A DNA stretch of 64,000 nucleotides from an uncultured Candidatus Binatia bacterium. Its GTDB lineage: Bacteria > Desulfobacterota > Binatia > UBA9968 > JAJDTQ01. A program made the translations under genes and the position numbers. Below are positions 18,792-27,947 of the stretch, in pieces (position 1 is the first letter of the stretch; each line of letters begins with the position of its first letter). The stretch lies in contig OZ219754.1 of assembly GCA_964291295.2 (NCBI GenBank), positions 3,584,016-3,648,015 on the forward strand, in the 5' to 3' direction. The notes beneath the pieces were generated by a model that had not been told where the DNA came from, searched no databases, and was given only the letters and a program-made list of their open reading frames with translations.

Positions 18792-19916
18792 ATGGCCAGG
18801 CAAGGCTTCAAGGCAATGGACTCCGACATGCACGTGTTCGAGCCTCACGATCTCTGGGAGCGATACATCGACCCGGAGTTCAGGGACCGTGCGCCCAGGG
18901 GCCTGCAGCGCGATTTCCGCGACCTCGGCGTCGAGGTGGACGGCAAGATCCTTCCCGTGCCGAGGCGCCCGGAAAACCCGCACCTGAGGGACTACCGCCT
19001 GGCCACCCTCAAGGAAAAATACGGCGACGTGGCCGCGCGCAACTTCGACGGCGTCAGCCAGGTCATGGCCATGGACAAGGAAGGCCTCGACGTGGCGTTC
19101 CTGTTTCCCACGCGCGGGCTATTCGTCCTCGGCATCGACGGCCTCGACCCCGAACTGGCCGCGGCCATCTCCCGCGCCTACAACGACTGGCTCCACGACT
19201 TTGCGCAGGAGGCTCCCGACCGCATGGCCTGCGTCGCCATGGTGCCGCCCCAGAACGTCGAGGCGGCCGTGGCCGAAACCAGACGGACGGTCACCGGAAA
19301 GGGATTCCGGGGCATCTTCATGCGCCCCAACCAGACCAACGGCAAGTGCTGGAGCGACCCGTACTACGATCCCCTGTGGGAGGTGTGCCAGAGCCTGAAC
19401 GTGCCGGTGGGCTTCCATGAGGCCGGGCGCGTCCATCAGCCCCAGCCGGCCATCTCCCGATTCATCCCCTCCTTCACCATGTTCAACACCCTGAGCTTCC
19501 CGATGGCCAACATGTTCGCATGCGCGGACATGATCTACGGCGGCGTCATGGAGCGCTTCCCCAGGCTCAGGGTGGCGTTCCTGGAAGGCAATTGTTCCTG
19601 GCTCCCATGGCTCCTGTACCGCATGGGGGACTACATGGAATCGGTGGGCAAGGCGGAGTACCCGGAGCTCCGGCTCGAGCCGCTGGAATATTTCCAGCGC
19701 CAGTGCTACGGGGCCGTCGAATGCGACGAGATCACCGCCAGGCACATGCCCGAGTACGGACTGGAGGACAATCTGGTGTTCTCCACCGACTATCCGCACC
19801 TGGACGTCAAGTATCCCCACGCGCTGGACACGTTCCTGGAGATGCCGTTCTCCGAGGAGTCCAAGCGGAAATACCTCTGGGACAACTGTGCCCGGCTGTA
19901 CAACATGGGTCCGTAA
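18792..19916 (+). CDS. Amidohydrolase_2 family metal-dependent hydrolase/decarboxylase
   Basis: DSDMHVFEP, RAYNDW, YDPLW, VAFLEGNCSWLPW, FSTDYPH and DNCARLY. GGAG RBS precedes ATG 18792. Confidence 0.92.
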   Translation: MARQGFKAMDSDMHVFEPHDLWERYIDPEFRDRAPRGLQRDFRDLGVEVDGKILPVPRRPENPHLRDYRLATLKEKYGDVAARNFDGVSQVMAMDKEGLDVAFLFPTRGLFVLGIDGLDPELAAAISRAYNDWLHDFAQEAPDRMACVAMVPPQNVEAAVAETRRTVTGKGFRGIFMRPNQTNGKCWSDPYYDPLWEVCQSLNVPVGFHEAGRVHQPQPAISRFIPSFTMFNTLSFPMANMFACADMIYGGVMERFPRLRVAFLEGNCSWLPWLLYRMGDYMESVGKAEYPELRLEPLEYFQRQCYGAVECDEITARHMPEYGLEDNLVFSTDYPHLDVKYPHALDTFLEMPFSEESKRKYLWDNCARLYNMGP

Positions 19917-21036
19917 CACCCCGGTTTCCACATTCGCGCGGCGGGGCATCGTCGAAGGCTTCTTCGGTCCCCCGTGGAGCCGGGCCCACCGCGCGGCCAT
20001 GTTCGCGTTTGGCGCCGCGCGCGGCATGAACACCTACCTCTACGCACCCAAGGACGACCCCTACCACCGGGAGCGCTGGCATCAGCCCTACCCGGAGACG
20101 GAATGGCGCGAACTCTGCGCGCTCATCGACGCGGCCCGGGGCTGCGGCATCGACTTCGTCTACGGCTTTCACCCGGGCCGGAACCTCCGCTTTGCCGCGG
20201 CGGAACCGGTGCGCCTTCTGCTCGACAAGGCGGCGCGTCTCCAGGATCGGGGCGTGCGCACCTTTGCGGTGCTGTTCGACGACATTCCGTCGCGGCTGAC
20301 GCACACCGAAGACAGGAAGAGGTTCGACGGCAGCCTGGCCAAGGCCGAGTCCCTGTGGCTCGAGGCGGTGCTGGAACAACAGCCCGCGGGCCGCGATGCG
20401 GCGTGGTGGTTCTGTCCCTCGTACTACACGCCCGACCCGCTGTTGGCCCAGACCTTCGGCGAGTTCGAGCCGGAGTTCCCCGAGACCGTCGGGCGGTACC
20501 TGCCGGCGCCGGTCGACTGCTTATGGACCGGCCCCAAGGTGGTGCCGGAAAGCGTCACCCTGGAACACATGGAGGAGATCGGCCAACGGATGGGTCACCG
20601 GCTGCTGCTCTGGGACAACTACCCGGTCAACGACCTGACCCGGGCCGACGCCATGCATATCGGCCCCCTCACCGGCCGAGACCCGCGGCTGCCGGAGCGG
20701 GTGCACGCGCACTTGGCCAACCCGCTCCTGCAGGAGCAGCTCAGCTTCATTCCCCTGGCCACCTGCTTCGACTATGCGCGGGAGCCCGGCACCTACGACC
20801 CGGAAACGAGTTGGGATGCGGCGGTGACGGAACGGTTCGGCGCGGCCCACCTGGAACACTGGCGGGCACTCCGGCGGTTCTGCGAACAGGATGCCGGCGG
20901 CGGCGCGGCGAGGTGCCCCGAGTCCGAGCGGGGCACGCTGGAAGCGGCCCACGCCTACCTGCAGGCCCACCGCGGCGAAGCGTGGTGCCGTGAATTCGAG
21001 CCGTGGCGGGAGCGGCTGGAACAGGCGCTCCGGTAA
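19888..21036 (+). CDS. GH84 beta-N-acetylglucosaminidase (O-GlcNAcase-like catalytic domain, no signal peptide)
   Basis: RGIVEGFFGPPWS, YLYAPKDDPYHRERW, catalytic LFDDI, WTGPKVV and WDNYPVND. Start codon uncertain. Confidence 0.9.
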   Translation: MPGCTTWVRNTPVSTFARRGIVEGFFGPPWSRAHRAAMFAFGAARGMNTYLYAPKDDPYHRERWHQPYPETEWRELCALIDAARGCGIDFVYGFHPGRNLRFAAAEPVRLLLDKAARLQDRGVRTFAVLFDDIPSRLTHTEDRKRFDGSLAKAESLWLEAVLEQQPAGRDAAWWFCPSYYTPDPLLAQTFGEFEPEFPETVGRYLPAPVDCLWTGPKVVPESVTLEHMEEIGQRMGHRLLLWDNYPVNDLTRADAMHIGPLTGRDPRLPERVHAHLANPLLQEQLSFIPLATCFDYAREPGTYDPETSWDAAVTERFGAAHLEHWRALRRFCEQDAGGGAARCPESERGTLEAAHAYLQAHRGEAWCREFEPWRERLEQALR

Positions 21037-21040
21037 CATC

Positions 21041-22348
21041 ATGGACGACAGGACCGTCACCACCCGCGAACTGCTGGCAACCCTGGAAGAGGTCCGTTCC
21101 CGGACCCTGGGTCTGGTGGAGGATCTGTCCGGCGCGCAACTCACCGTGCCCATGTGGAACATCGTCAATCCCCCGCTCTGGGAGATCGGACATGTCTCCT
21201 GGTTCCACGAACGGTGGGCGCTGCGGCATCTGCGCGGCCGCCGCCCCATCATTGCCAACGGCGACCAACTGTACGATTCCGCGGCCGTGCACCACGACAC
21301 CCGCTGGGCGCTGGCGCTGCCGCCGCTGGAGGAAACCCTCGCCTACAAGGCCCGGGTCCTCCGGGAGATCACCGAAGCGCTTCCCGCCCAACGGCTCGGT
21401 CCGGAGGAGACCTGGTTCCACAGGCTGGTCCTCTTTCACGAGGACATGCACGCGGAGGCCATGACCTACACGCGCCAGACCCTGGGCTATCCCCCGCCTC
21501 GGTTCGCGTCCGGACGCGCGGCGCCCCGGGGCGGGCCGTGCCCCGGCGATGTGGCGGTGCCGGGCGGTGCGTTCATCCTCGGCGGCACGCCGGATCTGCC
21601 CTTCGTCTTCGACAACGAGAAGTGGGGGCATCGGGTGACCGTGGCACCATACCGCATGGCCCGGGCGCCGGTAACCAACGAAGCGTTTGCCGCATTCGCC
21701 GACGACAACGGCTACCGGAATCCCCGGTGGTGGAGCACCGAGGGCTGGAACTGGCGGCAGGCCGAGAACCCGGCGCATCCCGTCTACTGGAAGCGGGAGG
21801 CCCCGGGGCGGTGGCTGGAGCGGCTCTTCGACCGATGGTTGCCACTTCAGCCCGAACTGCCGGTCATCCACGTCAACTGGTACGAAGCCGAGGCCTGGTG
21901 CCGCTGGGCCGGACGCCGGCTGCCCACCGAGGCGGAGTGGGAAATGGCCGCGGCCTCCGGTCCCGGCCCGGGAGCGGCCAAGCGCGGCTACCCGTGGGGC
22001 GACGCCCCGCCGGACCCGGCCTGCGGCAATCTCGACTGGGCGGCCGGCGGACGGCTGCCCGTGGACGCGCTGTCCGCGGGCGACAGCGCCTTCGGCTGCC
22101 GGCAGATGATCGGCAATGTGTGGGAGTGGACAGCCGACACCTTCCACCCCTATCCCGGATTCGTGCGGGATCCCTACAAGGAATACTCGGAACCCTGGTT
22201 CGGCCACCGCAAAGTGCTGCGCGGCGGCTGCTGGGCCACCCGCTCGCACCTGATCCGCAACACCTGGCGGAACTTCTTCACGCCGGACCGGCGGGACGTC
22301 CTGGCCGGCTTTCGCACCTGCGCGCGCGAGCGGCACGACCGCCGCTAG
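21041..22348 (+). CDS. senA: Selenoneine synthase SenA (EgtB-like DinB plus FGE-sulfatase domains)
   Basis: NPPLWEIGHVSWFHERW, LYDSAAVHHDTRW, FHEDMHAEA (Fe-binding His), FDNE, RRLPTEAEWE, GNVWEW, PYKEYSEPWF and RNFFTPDRRD. Immediately upstream of senB. Confidence 0.9.
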   Translation: MDDRTVTTRELLATLEEVRSRTLGLVEDLSGAQLTVPMWNIVNPPLWEIGHVSWFHERWALRHLRGRRPIIANGDQLYDSAAVHHDTRWALALPPLEETLAYKARVLREITEALPAQRLGPEETWFHRLVLFHEDMHAEAMTYTRQTLGYPPPRFASGRAAPRGGPCPGDVAVPGGAFILGGTPDLPFVFDNEKWGHRVTVAPYRMARAPVTNEAFAAFADDNGYRNPRWWSTEGWNWRQAENPAHPVYWKREAPGRWLERLFDRWLPLQPELPVIHVNWYEAEAWCRWAGRRLPTEAEWEMAAASGPGPGAAKRGYPWGDAPPDPACGNLDWAAGGRLPVDALSAGDSAFGCRQMIGNVWEWTADTFHPYPGFVRDPYKEYSEPWFGHRKVLRGGCWATRSHLIRNTWRNFFTPDRRDVLAGFRTCARERHDRR

Positions 22349-22361
22349 ACTGGAAGACAAC

Positions 22362-23342
22362 TTGGCACGAAAGAACCCCGCGCCGACCCGGGTTGCCCTC
22401 GTGACCCCCGCCGGGCCCACGCGGCGTACGGGCAACCGGATATCCGGAGGCAGGTGGGCGCGCATCCTCCGGGCCTCGGGACATCGGGTTGCAGCCCTGG
22501 ACCGATATGAACGCGAGCCCTGCGACCTGCTGATCGCACTCCACGCCCGGCGCAGCCATGACTCCATCCGGCGGTTCCGCGACCGGCATCCCGGCAAGCC
22601 GCTGGTCGTGGTGTTGACCGGCACGGACCTCTACCGCGACATTCACGTGGACCCGGACTCCCGGGAATCCCTGGGGTTGGCCGACCGCCTGGTGGTGCTG
22701 CAGCGCAAGGGGCTGGACGAACTCGCTCCGGGGCTGCGCGGGAAGACCCGGGTCATCTACCAGTCCGCCTCGGCCCGCCCCGGCCGCCCCGGCGACCCCG
22801 GCAAGCAGTTCACCGTGGCCGTGGTGGGCCACATGCGCCCGGAGAAGGACCCGTTCCGGACGGCCATGGCGGTGCGTTCATTGCCGCGCGCATCACGGGT
22901 CCGGGTGGTGCACATCGGCGCCGCCTTCAGCAACGGCATGGCCCGGCGCGCGGCGCGGGAGGCGGAACGCAATCCTCGCTACCGGTGGCTGGGCGAACTG
23001 CCCCACTGGAGGACGCGGCAACTCCTGGCCAACAGCCACCTGGCCTCCCTCACCTCGCGCATGGAGGGCAGCTCGAACGTCCTGTGCGAGGCGCTGGCCT
23101 CCAGCGTACCCGTGGCGGCCTCCAGGATCTCCGGACTGATGGGCACCCTGGGAGAAGATTTTCCGGGCTACTACGAACTCGGCGACACCGCCGGCCTGAA
23201 GCGCCTGCTGCTCCGGGCCGAGAACGACCCGCCTTTCTACCAGAGCCTGGCGCGGCACTGCGCCGAGGTGGCGCCGCTGGTGAATCCCGAGCGCGAGATC
23301 CGGACGTGGCAGGGATTGATCGATGAGCTTACGACGGGTTGA
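22362..23342 (+). CDS. senB: Selenosugar synthase SenB (GT-B glycosyltransferase)
   Basis: VTPA...TGNRIS..RWARIL, IALHARRS, VLTGTDLYRD, GHMRPEKDP and SRMEGSSNV. TTG start 13 bp after senA. Confidence 0.92.
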   Translation: MARKNPAPTRVALVTPAGPTRRTGNRISGGRWARILRASGHRVAALDRYEREPCDLLIALHARRSHDSIRRFRDRHPGKPLVVVLTGTDLYRDIHVDPDSRESLGLADRLVVLQRKGLDELAPGLRGKTRVIYQSASARPGRPGDPGKQFTVAVVGHMRPEKDPFRTAMAVRSLPRASRVRVVHIGAAFSNGMARRAAREAERNPRYRWLGELPHWRTRQLLANSHLASLTSRMEGSSNVLCEALASSVPVAASRISGLMGTLGEDFPGYYELGDTAGLKRLLLRAENDPPFYQSLARHCAEVAPLVNPEREIRTWQGLIDELTTG

Positions 23343-23366
23343 AGCGAGGGACCGGTCGGACAGCAC

Positions 23367-24524
23367 TCAGCCGGACAGCACCTCGATCAGATTGTCCGCC
23401 ACGGTGTCCAACTCGCGGCGGGTGATGACCAGCGGCGGCAGCAGCCGGATCACCGTCGATCCCGCGGGCAGCGCCAGCACGCCTTTCTCCAGCAACGCCA
23501 CGAGATGGGGCTGGGACTTCTCCCTGAGTTCGATGCCGATCATCAAGCCCAGCTGGCGGATCTCTCGAACCCTGGGCAAATCCGCGGCCCTGAGCCGCTC
23601 CACCAGACGGGCACCCTTCTCCTCGGCGGCCTCGGCCAGCCGCTCGTCGATCATGGCGTCGATGGCCGCCAGCGCGGCGGCGCATGCCAGCGGGTTGCCG
23701 CCGAAGGTGCTGCCGTGGCGCCCCACCGGCACCTGGACGTTGTCGGCGCAGACCACCGCGCCCATGGGGATGCCTCCGGCCATGGCCTTGGCCAGGCACA
23801 GGATGTCGGGCTCGAGACCGAAATGCTCGCAGGCGAACATCCGGCCGGTGCGGCAAAAGCCGGTCTGGACCTCGTCGACAATGAAAAGGACGCCCCGCTC
23901 CCGGCACAGTTCGCTCACCTGGGCGAAGAACTCGGCCTGGCCCAGATTGACGCCGCCCTCGCCCTGGACGATCTCCAGCATCACCGCTGCGGTGCCGTCA
24001 TTCACCTTCTCCGCCAACTTGGCGAAGTTGTTGAAGGGCGTGAACTGGAAGCCCTCGACGACGGGCAGGAAGGGTTCGCGGTACTCCTTCGTGAACGTGG
24101 CGCTCAGCGCCCCCATGGTGCGGCCGTGAAATCCGCGCATGGCGCACACGAACTCCTGCCTGCCGGTGGTGAAGCGGGCGAACTTGATGGCCGCCTCGAT
24201 GGTTTCGGTGCCCGAGTTGCACAGGAAGGCGCGGTTGAGATTGCCGGGGGTGATGCCGGCCAGCCGTTCCAGCAGCCGCGCCCTGACGTCGTTGTAGAAG
24301 ATGCCGGGGCAGCTCATCAGACGTCCGGCCTGCTCGGCCACCGCCCGCACCACTCCGGGGTGGCCGTGCCCCAGGTTGGCGACGCCGTGGCCGGCCACAC
24401 AGTCGATGTACTCACGACCCTCGTCGTCCCAGACCCGGGCGCCCTCGCCGCGCACCAACACGACGTCGCGCTTGGGATAGACATCGAACTCGTACCGTTG
24501 CTGCAACGCCTTCAGGTCCGTCAC
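23367..24524 (-). CDS. lysJ: [LysW]-aminoadipate semialdehyde transaminase (class III PLP aminotransferase, ArgD/LysJ)
   Basis: NSGTETIEAAIK, GFHGRT, EIVQGEGG, DEVQTG, LAKAMAGG and HGSTFGGNP. Last gene of the lysW cluster. Confidence 0.9.
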   Translation of the reverse strand: MTDLKALQQRYEFDVYPKRDVVLVRGEGARVWDDEGREYIDCVAGHGVANLGHGHPGVVRAVAEQAGRLMSCPGIFYNDVRARLLERLAGITPGNLNRAFLCNSGTETIEAAIKFARFTTGRQEFVCAMRGFHGRTMGALSATFTKEYREPFLPVVEGFQFTPFNNFAKLAEKVNDGTAAVMLEIVQGEGGVNLGQAEFFAQVSELCRERGVLFIVDEVQTGFCRTGRMFACEHFGLEPDILCLAKAMAGGIPMGAVVCADNVQVPVGRHGSTFGGNPLACAAALAAIDAMIDERLAEAAEEKGARLVERLRAADLPRVREIRQLGLMIGIELREKSQPHLVALLEKGVLALPAGSTVIRLLPPLVITRRELDTVADNLIEVLSG

Positions 24525-25312
24525 CGGATCACCGTTCCTTTCCCCGCCAGGGCGTCCCGCACCGGATGCGCCACCCGGCCGTCGCCCATGATGACCTTTT
24601 TCGCGCCCTCCTCGAACAGCTGGCGCAGAGCCCGCATCTTGCGCTTCATGCGCCCTTCCACCTGGGCCTCCCGCTGCTCGAGTTCGGCAACGCGGAGGGC
24701 GGGCACCACGGTGCTCTCGTCGTCCTTGTCCGCGAGAAACCCGGGTGCCTCGATGAGTTGCAGCACCACCTCGGCATGAAAGGCGGCCTGGAGCACGTTG
24801 AGGATGTCGTCGTTCTCCGAGTTGATGGCGGTGTGGTGCTCGTCGAGAATGGGGATGGACAGCACCGGCACGTAGCCCCCGTCAAGCAGCCACTGGAACA
24901 ACTCCTTGTTGGCGCTCCTGGGCTTGCCGGAGAAGTCCCGGACGATGACGGTCTTGCCGTTCTTCCGCACCCGGATGCCCTTGTTGCGCCGTCCCTGGAT
25001 GGCGCGGCCGTCGATGCCCGAGAGGCCCACGGCGTTGACCCCGTTCTGCTGCAGCAACTCCACGATGCGCTTGTTCTGAACGCCCGCGTAACCCATGAGG
25101 ATGGCGTCGAGCGCGGCCTTGTCGGAAAGCACGCTGGTGTAGCCCGACACCGACGTCACCACCTGGGTGGGGCTGCCCAGCCTGGCCGCGATGGCGTCCC
25201 GCAACGCGTTGGCGCCGTGCACCACGATGAAACGGTCCGTTGCCGAGGCCAGATCCTCGGCAATGCCCGGCAGGTTGATGGCGCCGCCGCCGCCGACCTT
25301 CACCAGAATCAT
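24521..25312 (-). CDS. lysZ: [LysW]-aminoadipate/[LysW]-glutamate kinase
   Basis: MILVKVGGG, VVHGANA, VTSVSGYTS, GLSGIDG, GRMKRKM and GKGTVI. Start at 25312 (ATGA overlap). Confidence 0.9.
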   Translation of the reverse strand: MILVKVGGGGAINLPGIAEDLASATDRFIVVHGANALRDAIAARLGSPTQVVTSVSGYTSVLSDKAALDAILMGYAGVQNKRIVELLQQNGVNAVGLSGIDGRAIQGRRNKGIRVRKNGKTVIVRDFSGKPRSANKELFQWLLDGGYVPVLSIPILDEHHTAINSENDDILNVLQAAFHAEVVLQLIEAPGFLADKDDESTVVPALRVAELEQREAQVEGRMKRKMRALRQLFEEGAKKVIMGDGRVAHPVRDALAGKGTVIR

Positions 25313-25947
25313 CGGAGCCGCTCCACCGTGTCGTTGGGGATCATGCGCCACTCCGGCAGGTCCGCCACGGTCTCGGAACTGACGGTGAAACCGCCGCCGC
25401 TCTCGCGCAAGCGCAGCCTGAAGTACTCCGGCGCCTCGTTGTAGAACGATCCCACGTAGACATTCTCCCGGTCCGCGATGATCATGTTCATGGCCCGGAC
25501 GTAGCGCGTCCTGCGGACCAGCAGATCCATCCCCTTGCGCAGGGCCGCGGCCATGTCGCCCTTGTCGAAGCGCTTGATGGTGTTGAACACCTTTTCCGCG
25601 CCGATGCGGCCTTCCGCGCGGATCCGGACACCCCGCAACTCGCCGTTGAACGCGAACACGTACCGGTGGTCGGAGAACGGCATGTTGTTCTCCACCACGA
25701 CGTTCTCGTCCCGGAACGCGCTGCGGGCATGACCCACCAGCAGCGTCGTGGCGCCGAACCGATCCAGGTCGTCCTCCCAGATGGGCCTGATGTTGCGATA
25801 GATCCGCCACGCGCCGTCCACGAGGAAGGCGCAGCCCCAGCCGTGACCCTGGTATTCGGGGCTGCGGCGGGCGATGTCGGCCAGCTCCGTCAGGCGCGAG
25901 CCGATGTCGAACGGCTCCCGGTTCTTGACGCACAACAGGCGGCACAT
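25309..25947 (-). CDS. Class II glutamine amidotransferase / Ntn-hydrolase (EgtC/YafJ/Dug3-like)
   Basis: N-terminal nucleophile MCRLL, HGWG, GHARSA, NNMPF, FAFNGEL and SSE. Stand-alone, 212 aa. Confidence 0.88.
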   Translation of the reverse strand: MCRLLCVKNREPFDIGSRLTELADIARRSPEYQGHGWGCAFLVDGAWRIYRNIRPIWEDDLDRFGATTLLVGHARSAFRDENVVVENNMPFSDHRYVFAFNGELRGVRIRAEGRIGAEKVFNTIKRFDKGDMAAALRKGMDLLVRRTRYVRAMNMIIADRENVYVGSFYNEAPEYFRLRLRESGGGFTVSSETVADLPEWRMIPNDTVERLR

Positions 25948-25966
25948 GGCTGACGGCCCGGACGCG

Positions 25967-27019
25967 CTAGGCGCCCGGGTGCAGCCCCGGGAACTCCAGT
26001 CCCAGGGTCTCCTCGAAGCCGCTCATGAGGTTGAAGGCCTGAACCGCCTGGCCCGAGGCGCCCTTCATGAGATTGTCCAGCGCGCTCAGCACCACCAGCC
26101 GGTCCGACCCTTTCTCCTTCTGGAAACCGATGTCGCAGTAATTGGTGCCGCTCAGCAGCTTCGGTTCCGGATAGCGGTAGATCCCGTCGGCCTCCTTCAC
26201 GATGCGGAGAAAAGGCTCCCTGCCGTAGACCTCGCGGTAGAGCTTCCAGACATCCTTTTCTTCAAGCGGTTCCTTGAGGAACAGGTGGCAGGTGGCCAGC
26301 ACCCCCCGCACCCTCTCGATGGAGGTGGCGGAAAAGTAGACCCGGATGGGCTTGCCGAAACCCAGTTCCTGGACGATCTCCGCGCCGTGGCGGTGCCGGG
26401 TGGGCATGAACGAGCGCACGGCGCCGCTCCGTTCCGGATGGTGGGACGCGTCGGTGGCAACGCGGCCGCCCTCGCTGGAGCCCACCTTGACCTCCACCAC
26501 CGTGCGGTCCGTGTCCACCAATCCTTTGCTGAAGAACGGGTAGATGCCGAGGATGGTGGCGGTGGCGTTGCAGCCGGCGCCGGTGACGAGACGCGCGCCC
26601 CGGATCTCCTCGCGGTGCAGTTCGGGAACGCCGTAGACGAACTCCTCGAGGAGATCCGGGCGCGGGTGGTGCGTCCCGTACCAGCACCGGTACGCCTCCG
26701 CGTCGTTGAGCCGGAAGTCGGCGCTCAGGTCGATGAGCTTCGGCGCCAGTGCCCGGAACGAATCGATGCGCTCCATGGCCTGGCCGTGGGGCAGGCAGAG
26801 GAACAGCAGGTCGCACGGCTTGATTTCGTCCATCGTGCGGAAGCGCAGCTGCGTCCGCTTGCGCAGATTGGGATGGGCCTTGAACAGAAACTTGCCGGCG
26901 TAGCGCTCCGAGGTGACGTCGCCGACCTCCACCCGGGGGTGCCAAAGGAGCAGGCGCAGGAGCTCGCCGCCGGTGTAGCCGGAGCCCCCCACGATGGAGA
27001 CCCTCAGCTTGTCCGCCAC
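25967..27019 (-). CDS. lysY: [LysW]-aminoadipate 6-phosphate reductase (ArgC/LysY)
   Basis: IVGGSGYTGGELLR, IDLSADFRL, YGVPE, GCNATA, SHHPERSG and DNLMKGASGQA. GTG at 27019 with a GGAGG RBS. Confidence 0.9.
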   Translation of the reverse strand: MADKLRVSIVGGSGYTGGELLRLLLWHPRVEVGDVTSERYAGKFLFKAHPNLRKRTQLRFRTMDEIKPCDLLFLCLPHGQAMERIDSFRALAPKLIDLSADFRLNDAEAYRCWYGTHHPRPDLLEEFVYGVPELHREEIRGARLVTGAGCNATATILGIYPFFSKGLVDTDRTVVEVKVGSSEGGRVATDASHHPERSGAVRSFMPTRHRHGAEIVQELGFGKPIRVYFSATSIERVRGVLATCHLFLKEPLEEKDVWKLYREVYGREPFLRIVKEADGIYRYPEPKLLSGTNYCDIGFQKEKGSDRLVVLSALDNLMKGASGQAVQAFNLMSGFEETLGLEFPGLHPGA

Positions 27020-27074
27020 GGCTGCCGCCCTCCTCCCCGGCACGTCCCGCGCATCCGCTCCCCGCGCCGGCCCA

Positions 27075-27947
27075 TCAGGCCACGTCCCTGCGCGCCTGCT
27101 CTTCCCGCGCCGCGCCGAGCACATGCGCGACGATGAGCCCGGGAATGTTCACCCCGGTGGTATCGATGCTGTTCCGGAACTCCATGGTGTAGTTGACTTC
27201 GTTGACCAGAAGGCCGCCGACGGTTTCAAGCAGGTCCACCGCAACGATACCGCCGCCCACCGCCCGGGCGGCGCGGAGCGAGAGGTCTCGCAACTCGTCC
27301 GTGACCGGGCAGTTCTCGGCGCGTCCTCCCCGGGCCGTGTTGGTGATCCAGTGCCCGCTGTAGCGGTAGATGGCGGCGACGCACGCGTCGCCCACGACAA
27401 AGCTCCGGATGTCGCGCCCGGTCTTCTCGATATACTCCTGAACGTAGAAGATGGAGTGGTGGTAACTGCCCAGGATCGCCTTGTGTTCGAGGATCGTTTC
27501 GGCCGCGTCCCGGTCGTTCACCTTGGCCAGCAGCCGGCCCCAGGAGCCCACCGCCGGCTTCAGCACCACCGGGTAGCCCATCGCCTCGATGGCCTCCAGG
27601 GTGGATTCCTCGGTGAAGGCGATGCGCACCTCGGGCTGGGGCACGCCGTGCTCCTGCAGGTGTACCGAAGTGAGGATCTTGTCGCCGCATACCGTGGCCA
27701 CCGACGACGCGTTGATGCAGCGCACCCCCGCGCTCTCGAAGAGCCGCAGCCCGTGCAGCGCCCGGGAATGGTTGATGCACCGCTCCAGCAGAACGTCCAG
27801 GTCGAACCGGTCCTTGCCCAGGTTGAATGCGAGCCGCCGGTCGTCGATCAATTGGAGTTCCACGCCGGCATGCCGGCGAAACTCCTTGATCAGCAGCTTC
27901 TCCTCCGGGCGCACCAGTGAATGCAGCAACCCGATTTTCAAGCTCAT
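27075..27947 (-). CDS. lysX: Alpha-aminoadipate--LysW ligase (RimK-like ATP-grasp)
   Basis: [33 protein letters not shown]...[10 protein letters not shown] and [11 protein letters not shown] (LysX-type rather than ArgX-type signatures). Confidence 0.95.
   Translation of the reverse strand: MSLKIGLLHSLVRPEEKLLIKEFRRHAGVELQLIDDRRLAFNLGKDRFDLDVLLERCINHSRALHGLRLFESAGVRCINASSVATVCGDKILTSVHLQEHGVPQPEVRIAFTEESTLEAIEAMGYPVVLKPAVGSWGRLLAKVNDRDAAETILEHKAILGSYHHSIFYVQEYIEKTGRDIRSFVVGDACVAAIYRYSGHWITNTARGGRAENCPVTDELRDLSLRAARAVGGGIVAVDLLETVGGLLVNEVNYTMEFRNSIDTTGVNIPGLIVAHVLGAAREEQARRDVA

Noticed and set aside
21500-22348. FGE-sulfatase (C-type lectin fold) domain as a diversity-generating retroelement target
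   Set aside because: No reverse transcriptase or template repeat is in the window. The domain is fully explained as part of SenA.
18792-23342. Selenocysteine (UGA read-through) in genes of the selenium cluster
   Set aside because: All four ORFs are full length with no in-frame TGA at Cys-equivalent positions.
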